Below, one piece after another: positions 34,289-46,400 of a stretch of 64,000 nt of DNA; position 1 is the first letter of the stretch, and each line of letters begins with the position of its first letter. The notes beneath the pieces were generated by a model that made no database searches, was not told the DNA's origin, and worked only from the letters and a program-made list of their open reading frames with translations. Source of the stretch: Phoronis australis (lineage: Eukaryota; Animalia; Phoronida); contig NMRA01000012.1 in assembly GCA_002633005.1 (NCBI GenBank), forward strand, positions 1,705,837 through 1,769,836. The letters are read 5' to 3'. The position numbers and the translations under genes are program-made.

Positions 34289-36379
34289 TTATCATTGTGG
34301 TTAGTACTACCAGCAGCTGCAACAATTTTGTTGTTGTCCACCTACATTCTTATATAAAAATATCTTTCAACGGAAATGCGGGGGGAGGAGAGCTTGATCG
34401 AACCCTCCGAACCTCCCCTGGCTAAGGGCCTGCAATGACAATAAAATTGATTTGAATGCCATTCTAATGCCAGTTAAGTTGCATTGTGAATTGGTAATAC
34501 AAAAAATTGCAAAGCAGAGAAAGGCACACTGAATAGTTCTTCACTTGTCCGATTCCGCCGCTGGCAGAAGTGCATAAGCAATACGGTTTCCACCGCCCCA
34601 AAAAGGAGAGTTAGGCTGTAAGAAGTTGGGGTGACTTCAACTATTTACTACAAGTTAAGCATACACTGTTTGTAAAACCTGAAGAGCCATCTTTCAAAAA
34701 CAATTGCTTTGCTTAATGTATTGACATGAACCTTTTGTTTTCTCATTTTTTTTAACAGGGCAGTTTAGAGCTCTTAATACCACATAATGAAACCATGGCA
34801 CAAAAGAAGTTCATTAACCCACCACTAAGTTGATTGGGTCTACTTTGAAGTTTGCGATTTCAGATTGACCTAATTAGCACAGTTCAAGACTTTATAATAG
34901 GTGTACATGACACAGCATCAGTCACCAGTAAACATTACAGCATCAGTGTCGCATTGTGCTTAGTGTCCAAGTTACTGCTGCATCTACTGAATCTTCTGCT
35001 GTCATCCCAAAAAACACTGATTTCTGTAGCCTCAAATAATTTTTGCCACTTGCGGTGCATTTGTTTTCGAATGGTCACTTACATTTATTCTCAATACTGC
35101 TAGTTTTGAAGAATAATTTGTCATGTGATTACGTGAAGATGGCTGAGGACATGAGGACAAGCCGTGCTGAGCAGTCACAGCAACCAATAAAACACGCAAG
35201 CCATGCAGAAGTTGCTGCGTCATGTGTGGCAAGCATTAAACAAAATTTAGACCTGGGTAAAGGTTATTGCATCTTTTTGGTAATCTATCAAGCCAAAGTT
35301 CAACAATACTATCAATGATTTCTTGACAACACAAAATATTATTTTCAGAATGACCAATTTCTAACCTGTACAACATCTGCATTGTTTTATCGGGATAAAG
35401 CAATTAACACAAAGGCTTGCGTCCCAACACTTTCAAACTTCAAACAACAAATAAAGTTTGCGTTCTCCACAAAATTTCTTCCTTCTCAAGACTTCTGTTT
35501 TTGCACACGTCTTGGCTGCCATATAAAACTATGCAACAGCACTGAACAGTCAAAATAAGTAACAAAATTAAACAGCACTAGCAACAAAACAGTAAATTAA
35601 GTATTACCTGAAATTAAAGCGACTATAACCCAGCATTCCATTCAAGAAGCACACTTTTGACTATGACCACATACCCTTATAAAATAGGTCTCAAATTATT
35701 CTTCACGCGGATGACACGCGACTTCTGGGTATGCAACGAGCTCGCTGACAGTTCTTTATTCCTCCACACTCGGTGACAAGCCAACTTGCAGAGTCAAGTC
35801 TCAAGCAATAATGAGTAGTAGATTCTTTCAGAGCCCTGAAATCCACTCCAATAGGGCCATCCTGGATACAACTCTCCTTTGTTAAGGAGGTAAGAAAGCC
35901 CGCTGCTTTCACGACTTAATTTGTGGAATGTCAGGCACATTTTCACACAGGTCATGTCAGGTTGAGGTGTATTCCCAATTTCAACTGTTTAAAAAGTACC
36001 CGAATTGAAAGGTATCTTCAAGAAAGGGGATTCTGTTCAGTTCAAAATTAACCAGACGAACTTGCTTCATCCACTTGCTCTGCATTTTCTTATCTTTGAT
36101 CAGAGTACAAAAAGTTCCCAAAGCCAGGTGTCCTAACATTGGACAACAAATAATCGAATCTGAGTCCCCAGATAAGTCGAAGACATTGGCAAACAGATGC
36201 CCATGACATCAATGTATCTGTGGCAAAAAATAAAACTTGCAAAATCCTGTCTAGTATCAATTCCTAACAATATCAAACCATTCAAAAATGGTGAAAACAA
36301 AAAGATTTAATGACGTATACAAACAAACCACTTCTTCATTGTTGTGATATCATAAATATAAATGAAAATCCAGTCCCAG

Positions 36380-36574
36380 TCAGTACTGTGGGGTGCCCGA
36401 CATTCTTGTTGAATGTCCATACTGATGGCGCCCATGGGCTTGATGATTACGCAGCAGTTCTGTCATTTTTTCAACTTTAATCTTCTGCAAGTGAGCTAGA
36501 GTCTTTTTCTCAATGAAATCACTGAGAAATGAATCAACTTCTCGTTTTCCTTCTAGGAATTCTTCAGCCATTTT
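36380..36574 (-). CDS. VPS37B: VPS37 terminal coding exon (KMAEEFLEG...GTPQY*)
   Basis: ttttttcag| acceptor, TGA stop at 36382-36380. Confidence 0.9.
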   Translation of the reverse strand, partial: KMAEEFLEGKREVDSFLSDFIEKKTLAHLQKIKVEKMTELLRNHQAHGRHQYGHSTRMSGTPQY

Positions 36575-39500
36575 CTGAAAAAAGAAACACAATTATCTAT
36601 ATTATGTAACAAATCATTGACCATTGAAGATGCTATTAGCAATAATATAATGTAGAGACAACCTTTCAATAACGTTGGTATCTTGCAATTTGGTCCAGAT
36701 CATGCAAGTCCTATGTGCTATTATTACAAGAAGAGATTTCCTCTGCATTCACTTACAAGTGATTTGCATAAGTGAACGCACATACAGGTAGTTTTCAAAA
36801 TAAACAGGTGTGGACAGCATTGAAATTTGACAAAGTTTCGGAGTACAAAAATGCATCAACAAATACATTTCTTTTCGATTAGAATACTTTTTAATTCTGG
36901 CTAAATCTGGGCAAAATCTCGACAGGTGTTGCGCTACACATGTGGTCAAAAGTGATTCCCAAAATGCATCAAATTATAATAGTACATACGGTATTACCAA
37001 ACATTTTGCACACAAGATTCTTAAGGTACGTGCCATCTGATCACACTGAAGTAAAATCTCACCTGTCCACCAAAAACACAAATCATAAATAAAGTTACAC
37101 ATTCCCAAGTTATCAGCGCTGTCACCAGATGTTTTCCAGCTGACAATCACCCCTACTATGCATTTGAAAAACGACAGCAGCAGCGCTACATCATTGAGAT
37201 TTACAGGAATTAAAATTCCCAAATTCCCATACCTCCGATTCTTCCTCTGTTTCCGCTGCTTTTGTCTGAAGAAGGGCATGAACTGTACCCAAGGACACAT
37301 TAGACGAAAGGATATCTGAAAGAGAACAACAGAAAATTTAAAAGGGCAATAAATCCAAGCTTTCTGCCAAAAACCAAATTTTGATTTAATAGGTCACTTA
37401 CCGATATAAAACCAATGTCATATAGAAAACCAATATCATCTACTAGGTACTTACAAGGAGGAGGAATGATTTTCAGTTAGCAACTTTCTCTTAAGTTAAT
37501 TGTTATGGTGGGTTAGTTTCAGTTGCCACGGCAATGTGGCCGTCAGGAACTCCAAAGTACAGTTATTATTACAATAACGAATTTCAATTATTTTACAATA
37601 AAACGAAAAAATTTAAAAATGTGATAATGTTTTGGAAGAGCAAATTCACTTGCCTGCGAAGAAAGCTGACGCTTTTAACTACAAAGCATGGCTTTTCCCA
37701 ACTTTACCAAAAAGTAAGGTAACTGTCATGCAAGTATGCACAGAAATCCATGGAATTTTAAAACTGCCTTTCTCAGGAGTAAGGTTATGTACCTGACTAC
37801 TCCTGCATTAGTGATACTCTTTGGGTATGCCATTTGCACACATTTCTATATGAATATAAGAATTGGTGCATTTTTACCCCACAGGCACAGGAAAGTGGTA
37901 TGTCGCAACACCAAGAGCTTTAGGCTACATCGGTGTTATGTAGCACCTCAAATCATTGCCCTACCAGGTTCAGGTTTTGCACTATAGCTACCATAAGACA
38001 GTATTTTGAAAAATTGCAGGCATTCCCAACAATGTTAGGAGACCTTGATAAAGGCAATTTTAACAATTATTTTTGTTCAAACATGGTGAGATGATCGTAA
38101 TTCACAAGATAAAACGCCACAGCAGGCTAACCGTCCTACCACCCATCACTAATATTAAATATGATAAAACCAATCTAACTTATAATAAGTTAACAAACCT
38201 AATTTCTGTTTATTTGCATCAAACTCTGCCTTCTTCTGAGCTGCGATTTCATACGACTGCCCCAACTTTTCCTTGGCTTCCTCCAGGATTGGCTGACGGC
38301 TGAGATTAAATTCAGCTAAACTTTTGTTGCTGGCCATCAACATCTCCTTGTCTACTTGAAAATTCTTGACCTGAAAATGAAAAGCATCAAGCTTTATGAC
38401 TGAACAACTTAATAAATATATGTAATTCTGTAACCGGATTTGATGTTAGTCACATTATTATAGCCTAATCAGGCAGCATCCAATGCGTTCTCACATTGAC
38501 AACAAAAAAAGAGTGCAGGTGGCCTGATGCCTTTTGCGTTACATCAGGCGTGTTTAGGCCACAAGGCCGAGTCCATTACACTAATCACCTGATTATGACT
38601 CATGGGGATGCGACATCATCGGATTTTTCATCCAAGGGTTAAATCTTCCAATCCGCCTGTTTGTTTCAGAAAGACAGAAAGACCGTTAAACCTGTATGAA
38701 CAATCAATGTTAACCAAGCGGGTTATGTGTCCATCAAGTAGAAAATTACAGTGTCTATTGTAGGCAGGGTAAATCCCAACCAGATGTTGAGTAGTCGTAG
38801 CCTCCAAGCCACAGTTTGGACAAAATGAACATGCCATGTGGCCTGTGATGTTACGGTGCCGAGCTAAGTTGCAGTGTCCAGTAATAACCTGGATCAGCTG
38901 CCTTATAACAAGCCTATCTAAACATAACAGTTTCCTTGAACCTTTTGGTTCAACAGGACTTGAAAAATGTTGTTTAGTTTGTCTGCAGGCAGAGAGCTTT
39001 CTCCATGCATCCACGGATAGTTTGCGCACCCAGTGTCTTACCTTTGCTTTGCAGCACCTATAAGCAACTGGTATACAAGGTTCAGGTACAAAATAGACTA
39101 CACTCGCTCGTTCTTTTGCAAGATTGTCAGCAGCTTTGTTACCATCAATCCCAACATGGGCTTTAACCCAGTTTACATGAACAGTTCTACTAGCTGGTAG
39201 GTGGTTAAGCTCGTTTACACAGGCCAGGACGCAATGGGAGTTTATCTTGGGGTTAAGTTAGAGCTTTATAGCTGCTGGGCTGTCTGAGAGTTTGAAGAGT
39301 TCCTTGTTACCAAGGGCTTTTTCATGCTCCCTTGCCAGTTGGGCAGCCTGGTGAATGGCGACAATTTCAGCGTGAAAGACTGTAACGGTGTTACCCAGTG
39401 AGATCCAACTTTCTTTGTCGTCACCTGCAGGGTCTGGAAAGTAGATTCCTGATCCCGACTGTCCGTTGTCAAGTTTAGAGCCATCAGTGTAACAAACGGA

Positions 39501-40882
39501 CTGTTGGTCATTGTAATCAATGATTTCGTGACCATCTCTGTGATAAAGGGTCGTCACTAAAACATCACTTGGAATAGCCAAATTAAAGTGTTCCACTTTC
39601 TGACATTAACCTGTTACATATTGTGATTCGCATATTACTCCACTGCCCATTACACCTCATACAGTAAGCATGAAGCACAGCTTCACTGCTCAGGTAAATA
39701 TGCAAGGGTGACAACAGGCTGGGGTGTGTCTGAATAGTTTGAACACTAAGATTACGAAAGAAATTGCCAAAAATAAGCACACATGCCAATATTGAAAATA
39801 GGACTGCATGACTAGTCGACTTGCTTTGAGAGCCAAACTTTAGACTGTGTGACAAAAATTTCTCAAAGTACAAATGAAGACAAAACACAATAGAATACTA
39901 TCACCACCTAGGCCGCCACTCGCAACATGCAAGTTCATCCATTTCAACAGGCAAAGCACGTTCACATATTACGCCATCCAAACTTTTCTGCCACTTTTAC
40001 CCCCTCCCCCTCTGTCATCACCCTTCATCATGAGAAAAACCACCTTGTCCAGCCTCTACATACATCGCACAGCCAACCCCCTGGGTTTCAAAGAACCAAC
40101 AGTCTGGCAACCACCTACTGTCACTATAAAAATGTTGTATGTGCCGCTGTTGTAATCAGCAATAAAATTAAGTCCGCTATTTCATACATACTGACCTAAA
40201 TCAAAGGAGTGGGGTTTAGGGCAGGAAAAATGAAAAAAAAAAATTCCGTCACAACATTGCACAATATGCATGTTGCCTGACGTCCTGATCATGCGCCAAT
40301 GCGCTATATCACTGCGTTGATTGTCAGTGATAGGTTTAGGTAGTGATGGAGTGGAAATGTTGTTTGTCTGGGTGCATGTTTATAAGGAAAGCTTAGTGAA
40401 ATATTATCAAATCTTGGAAGCATTTTGGTTTTGGAATTGTAGAATTTTGCTAGGTCAGAACCAGTTTCCCAATGATATATACTGTGATGGAGATATTCTA
40501 ATAAACCACATAATGGAGTCACCATGAATCCCCTGTTATAAATCGTCCTCTTCTCCAAACCCCCTCCACCCTCGAGTGATGACATAATATGTGAACACCC
40601 CACTACGAAAACCAATAGAGATGTAACAGCACGTCTGAACCAACTTCTGTTATGACAGAAGCCACCCACTTGGAGGTCAACAGGTCAAGAGTTTATGCCA
40701 TGACTTACCTGTTGCAGGTCATTAATTAGGTCATCTAATTTCTCATCATGGTCCATCAGATTTGACAACTGTGTTGTCTCCATGTGACATAACAAACCCA
40801 AGGCAGCACTTTCATCCATCTGCGGTCTGGTTGAGGACACTCGGTCCAGGGTAGTAGTCTGTCTGTAGTTTGGGTAGGACAT
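36380..40882 (-). CDS. VPS37B: Vacuolar protein sorting-associated protein 37B/C-like (ESCRT-I subunit, Mod(r) domain), 4 coding exons, 207 aa
   Basis: Exons 40882-40709, 38370-38199, 37315-37233 and 36574-36380, GT-AG introns with phases 0, 1, 0. Motifs KEMLMASNKSLAEFNLSRQP, ALLQTKAAETEEESEKMAEEFLEG and FIEKKTLAHLQKIKVEKM match recalled VPS37B (KEMTLASNRSLAEGNL; LLQAEGAKIEEDTENMAEKFLDG; RKLAHMRRVKIEKL). Confidence 0.92.
37233..37315 (-). CDS. VPS37B: VPS37 coding exon 3 (DILSSNVSLGTVHALLQTKAAETEEESE)
   Basis: ctcttttcag| acceptor, GAG|gtatgg donor, 83 nt. Confidence 0.9.
38199..38370 (-). CDS. VPS37B: VPS37 coding exon 2 (VKNFQVDKEMLMASNKSLAEFNL...NKQKL)
   Basis: ttttcag| acceptor, G|gtttgt donor, 172 nt. 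Confidence 0.9.
38515..39596 (-). mobile_element. 5'-truncated non-LTR retrotransposon (RNase H plus C-terminal Cys/His motif; I/Loa/R1-type) in the VPS37 intron between coding exons 1 and 2
   Basis: Frame 39596->38628 with one in-frame TAA at 39260-39258. Motifs YTDGSK, TVFHAEIVAI, LSDS, WVKAHVGIDGNKAADNLAK, ITGHCNL and CPNC..QHLVG. 3' stem-loop at 38522-38549. Confidence 0.9.
40709..40882 (-). CDS. VPS37B: VPS37 coding exon 1 (MSYPNY...LINDLQQ)
   Basis: ATG at 40882, donor CAG|gtaagt; an acceptor ctttcag| at 40911 implies an upstream non-coding exon. Confidence 0.85.
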
Positions 40883-41587
40883 TTTGTGCAGTAGTCTCTA
40901 TAGTTTAAACCTGAAAGAGAAAGTATTATTTTGAAATTATCTTGAGTAAGACAGTCTTAATCAGAGTTTTGCATTGCATTCCATGAATGTCAGATGGCTT
41001 TCCAGTAGGACAACAATGGTACAAGCAGGTTGTAAATTGGTGCATGTTGAAACCTTCATTAAGAGTTTAAAGTTTTCATGGAAGATGATGGCAACTAGAC
41101 CACTAATGACAAGACAAAGGTGGTAGATGCTGGAACGGTTGCACCATTAGCACATAAAAATCCTCATTTTCTGAACGATATCCATTGCATTCATGTTCGA
41201 ACACAAAATTTGACAGTGCAGATCAGCTGACCAAAACTAATGTCAATGACCAAAACAACAATTTTAGCATCAGGGTGAAGCATATTGTTCATGAAAATAC
41301 ACAAATCACAACAATGGCTTTATGTGTGTCTGATTTGCAGTTGGCTATTTAGACCAAATATTATGTAGTTGCCATGTAACAGAGGTAGTACATTAAATCA
41401 AATACGATAAAATGCCCCCAAATTGAACAGAAGAAAAACAGAAAATACTAACGTGATCCACTAACTCCTCCAGACTGGCCTATAGAGGTCAGGCATTGTG
41501 GGTCAATTAACCCATAGACACATTTTTCTAAATGATCATGGACCAATTAATACCACCTCTTATTTGCCAGAAGCTTTTTTTGGTTTT

Positions 41588-41661
41588 ATCAGGGTCGCTG
41601 GTTCGATTCCCAAGTTAGATAATCTCAGCAATTACTACGCTGACATAGTGTCGATTCGACC
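41588..41661 (+). mobile_element. Partial third copy of the tRNA-like LTR plus decayed PBS
   Basis: GGGTCGCTGGTTCGATTCCCAAGTTAGATAATCTCAGCAATTACTACG aligns to the 3' half of LTR1 and is followed by TGACATAGT (PBS TGGCGTAGT with two G>A changes). Confidence 0.6.
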
Positions 41662-42340
41662 ATAGGCATTAAGTAACACAGCAGAGACAGTCAGTGTCAA
41701 TAAACAAAATAAACAGAAATGAAATACTGCATCCTTACTTATTCAATTACAAGAGACTAATGGCGCAAATGCCATTATTCAGAGAAAACTATAGGTAGTG
41801 TTCAAAAGCTGTCTTGCAGCAAGAAACATCAAGCCAAAATCACGTGCTCTCAATGAAAAAACATGGCAATATATCGCAGAATCTCACAAGATCTTGCTTT
41901 TCTAGCGAGGAATTAGTGTAACTGAACTCTACTTTGGTTCCCTGCAGCCATGCATTTGAAAAGGGACCTGTGTCTACTCAACTTGACTTATACCATAGTC
42001 TAGACTATGGCATAGACATATGCAGGCCAACTCAGGGTCTCCACAATCCACGACTTTTCTTTTCAGGCTCAGCGAATCTGCTGTGTTGTGTACGTATCCA
42101 CAGGAATGGGAGCTTATCTTGATTCTTTTACGTTATATGTATGACAAGAATGAGAGCCAGAGCAGAGTCAGAGTCAGACTCAGAGAGGTAGGGCAGCAAC
42201 AGCAAAACATAAAAAGTTGGTGGTCAATCCAATTCGCTAACTTACATTAACTTGTTAAAGTGAAAGATTCAAAATCAAACAATGAGTGAGTTGTGAACCA
42301 GCCAATTATTTACCAAATGTTACATTACTCAAAAACTTAC

Positions 42341-42790
42341 TGTGACGACAAACTCAAGCATTTCATAAGAATATTAAGTCATCACAGTTACAGTAGACAC
42401 ATAAGCTTCAGTTGCGGAAGTAGCGTTGACCAATCAAACAGCTCTTTTATGCCTTCTCCGCAACTGCACAAGTATTTTTGCGTGACGTCATAGGCGTAGG
42501 TTCATTTCCAAGATAGCCTTGATTGTTGTAAAATATCAAGACAGATTGGTGATCAACATACCTCTGTGTTGTTAAATTCCAAAAACAAAAGTTGCCTAAT
42601 TTAAAATATGCAAATGAGTTTCACAATCCACAAAGTTTGATGGCCAAATAAAGGCGTCACTGCGCATGCTCACTCGACAGCCATATTGGCGAAGAAGTGA
42701 GATTTCGGTGCAAGCATACCACAAACAATCGAATATATTTTCCCAGCATGGAATAATATCTCGTGAAACTTTGCGTCGGTAGGTAACTCT
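42341..42790. promoter_or_regulatory. Putative bidirectional promoter between VPS37 (-) and TAO kinase (+)
   Basis: Minus-strand donor |GTAAGT at 42340; GCGGAAGT 42414; CCAAT 42430; TGACGTCA 42483; ATTGG 42545; ATGCAAAT 42608; TGCGCATGC 42661; plus-strand donor candidates at 42779 and 42783. The first coding exon of each gene is preceded by an acceptor. Confidence 0.55.
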
Positions 42791-43277
42791 GTAAACGATA
42801 TTTCCATTTTGATCGCGTTGCTCGTACTGAACTGGAATCTTATAGAATTTTGCTTGAGTTTTCGTGACAATGTCGACTGCAGAGAAACTGCACTGACACT
42901 GCGGTTCAGCCCAATTTGACTTTGACTTGGGCTAGGCCCAAAGTCGATTGCTGGGAGGCCAAAGCGGATGAGGAATAGCCAGGACATCAGTGTACAATGT
43001 TTTTTCTTGTGTTTTACATTTGTGATTTGCGAAGCTTAATCATAGTCCAGCTTCATACTAGGAGATTTAACATTCATCAAGGACAAGAGTTTGATGTTAT
43101 GCCATCCTATACACCCACTGCCCCTGTCGGTGATCTGAGAAGGTTGCAGTTAATCCCTCAGTCACTGAGGAGCGGGTCCAGTGTTCAGTGGGAGTGATGA
43201 GTGGTTCAAGCGTAAAAGCAAGTGTTTGTGGCATAATAGTTTCCTTCTAAACAAATCAGTTGGGTAAAAATTGAAAG

Positions 43278-43476
43278 AAGTATTTCACCCTGTTTAGCTG
43301 GCTAAGAGACAGAAATTGAATTGGACCTTTTACTCGATGAAAGGAGTGGTTTCGTGTTATTCCTTACCCTCATAGGATTTCACTTCCGTAACGGAATATT
43401 GTGAGACCATTGTTCTAAGACTAAAAGGTCTGATTCGAATTTCAGTTTTGAGCCTGCTAAACAGGGCGAAATGCTT
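43278..43476. mobile_element. Palindromic foldback MITE of about 200 bp
   Basis: ATTTCACCCTGTTTAGCTGGCT... versus reverse complement ATTTCGCCCTGTTTAGCAGGCT...; arms pair nearly to the centre. Confidence 0.75.
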
Positions 43477-46400
43477 TTTAAAATAATTTCCTACTTAGAT
43501 TAAGTATTATACAGTACCTGCTACACGTAGTGTTGTGTAAAACTGTCTGCCTTCAGCTGCTAGCAGTGAAATACCTTTTTATTAAACAAATGTCTTGAAG
43601 TTGAATAAACCATGAAAGTGTTGTATTGTAGTACACTGGTGATAAACCATGGCTGATGGCACTTCTTCAGTTGAAACTTTGAAGCCTTACAGCTAACGCT
43701 ATACAGTTCTATTGGTTGTGATGTTTTGTGGATAATATTTAGATGCCTAGCAAACTGATTTGATGTTGAGCTGTGTGAAAATATATAAAGTACCCTTGAC
43801 ACTGGTGCCCTGGCTATCACCACTTTCAGNCCCCCCCCCCCCCCAACGGCATTTGCTGGTTGATGATGAATGCTGCATCCCTGTCAGTTTTGCCCACACA
43901 GGCTGGGCTTATATCATGTCCTGATTGAAGGCACTTGTATTCACCCCCATCATCCTGTTTACACCTGGGCTGGGGATGCACAGAATGTTTTACCTACCAT
44001 AAAGTGTACAATTGTACACAATGTAGAAGTATGTTTCGCCATTATTTAACAGACTTGTAGCTGAAGTGGTTGTCAATATAACTTCCTGGTCATTATCTTG
44101 CTGAAATCAAGCTTCAATTTTCATATGCTCATGCTTGACTTTAAATGCTTGTGATGTTCGAGGTTCTCAATTTTTACCACCTGCGCATTAAGCGGAAAGA
44201 TTATAGTAAATCTTTAATTCTTGAAATGTTTCTGTTTTCAGGACTAAGGTTTGGTCGGTCGTTACGCAGTTCTAGGGCTGTGCTGCACTTGCTTAACTTG
44301 TCAACTTTTCTCAGGTGTAGTGCATTCATTCGCCTAGCTGACAAATCATTGGTTGCATTAAAGTAATGTATGTGACCAGGGGTTTATCTAGGATTTCAGA
44401 AATGGGGCATCCAAAATGTGTTTCCTTATTTCTCAGGGCGTTCATGACCAATAACGTGTGACAGTGTTTTTATGATCCCAAGTCAAATTGCTGTTATAGT
44501 GTGGTTTGTACTGGCTCAGCAATAAATTTAATTTGTATCTTGTATCATTTCTAAACCAACCTTTTTATTCTGGATGGGCCAGTGAGCTCCTAGAGCTGTT
44601 GCTGTCAAATTAGAAAAGAAATTCCCATGCTTACTTTACTTGGTCATACGAATGCTGAACAGGGTGTCCCTGCTGGGATGTCTAACATTGAATAGGACAT
44701 CCTCTTGATGAAAGCCTCCACGTGATTAGAACTTGCTTGTAGTCTATCTGGTGACATGGCTGTGATATGGGAACAAGTCTGGTGCAGAACTGGACTCTTG
44801 TCCATTGTTGAGGGTTACAGTAGAATATGTTTTGAACGATGGTATCAAACATGAACCTTCTATGAAGGTCAGTATATAACAAAGTCGTAGCAGCAAAAGT
44901 TTGGATGGGTGTCTGTTCATAAAACTTTGGATGATATAAACCAAGTTCTGATTATGAACCATGTTCTGATGCTAAAACATTAACTTTCGTCACAGGCCTA
45001 AATTTGCGCTTCGGAAACAACGTGGCATTCTCATCCTTAGTTTGAATTGCAATTGCTTGTATAATTAATTGTCTGGAATTCCCCAGATGGCCGTACTGCC
45101 ATAGCAAACAACACTAATGAACAGCTTGATGAAACAGACCTGAACATAACAACAACCTGTCAGTTTCACTGAAGGCTAGAAATCATTTCTAATGTACAGT
45201 AAGAAAAAAGATGCAGGCCAGTTTTATAACTGTAAATGGCTTAAATCAAAAATTAGTTTTTAACAAAGGGTACTGCAGGTTTACTGATATTTACATACCT
45301 AGAGCAATGCTGCCACAACTCTGGTGCATGGTAACAGACTGTTGTCTTCAGATACACAGATGTTCACGTTGGTGTAATGTGGAAAGGTTTTAACTATATG
45401 TGTAGGGTTTTTTCCTAGCAATGGTTCGTGTAGTATGTTTTATTGTGTCAGGGGGGCAGTGTTTATTCTGGCTTTCTTGTTGTACTGTAACAGAATGAGT
45501 TTAGTGGCATGCCAGTTGATAATGCTATATTTTCATTGAAGCAGTGACACAGTGGCGCCATCTCTGTGTAAATGCGAGTCGACTCTTAACATGTTACCAC
45601 AGTTTCAAAATGGGACAACCTGCGAGGGTTCTGTGCCATCTTCCTTTGTCATGAAGGAACCGTCACTACGTTAATTGTGCTAATGCACATGGGTGTTCTG
45701 TCGTTCATAACTTTTCTTTGTCGGTAAGTCTCCCCATGTTGCCACTGTTTCCGAGAATGATCTGACTGGGGTCAACTCGCACTTGCCAACGTGTTCCCTT
45801 GGAATGCAATTTTCTATGGATAGATTGATACCAAAGTCAAGTTGTAAATTATGTAGCTGGTATTCAATGTGTACAGTGTAATGTTAAGTGGTAATACACG
45901 TTGGATAAAACCTCCATGTACGGTAACACACGGTTGTTAAACTTCCATCCTTTAAATAGTAGTGTAGAACTTCAAATAGTGAAGTCGTACATTTGCATTT
46001 GTTTGTTGCACACATGTCTTTGAAATTCTTGGTACGGTAAATTTTTTCAATTGTAAGAGGCACAATCTGGGACGAAAAACACATTTCTGAGATTATTGCT
46101 AAGTATGATAGACTAAAGTTATAACTTTGAGCTAAAAAGCAGCGTAATCGCCTGACGTTGGCTTCAGGTCAGTTGGTAGAATTAACCTTATGAGTTAAAA
46201 TACGCTTAAAATACTAGACTACTTGACACATTGGCTTTTTAACTCTACTTGCAAAATGCACTGCTTCTTGGGCTGAGGTTGTGGGTTCAAATCTTCCTTG
46301 GGGCTGCTGTGAGTACAAGTACTGTTGTCAATAATGTCGCTAAATAAAGAATAATAGTTTTTGATATTGGCTGCATCCACCACAGAATCCTCTACAGGCC

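Noticed and set aside
38522-38549. Resemblance to an enterobacterial REP palindrome (GCCTGATG...CATCAGGC)
   Set aside because: It sits in the 3' UTR of a eukaryotic LINE fragment, with no bacterial context.
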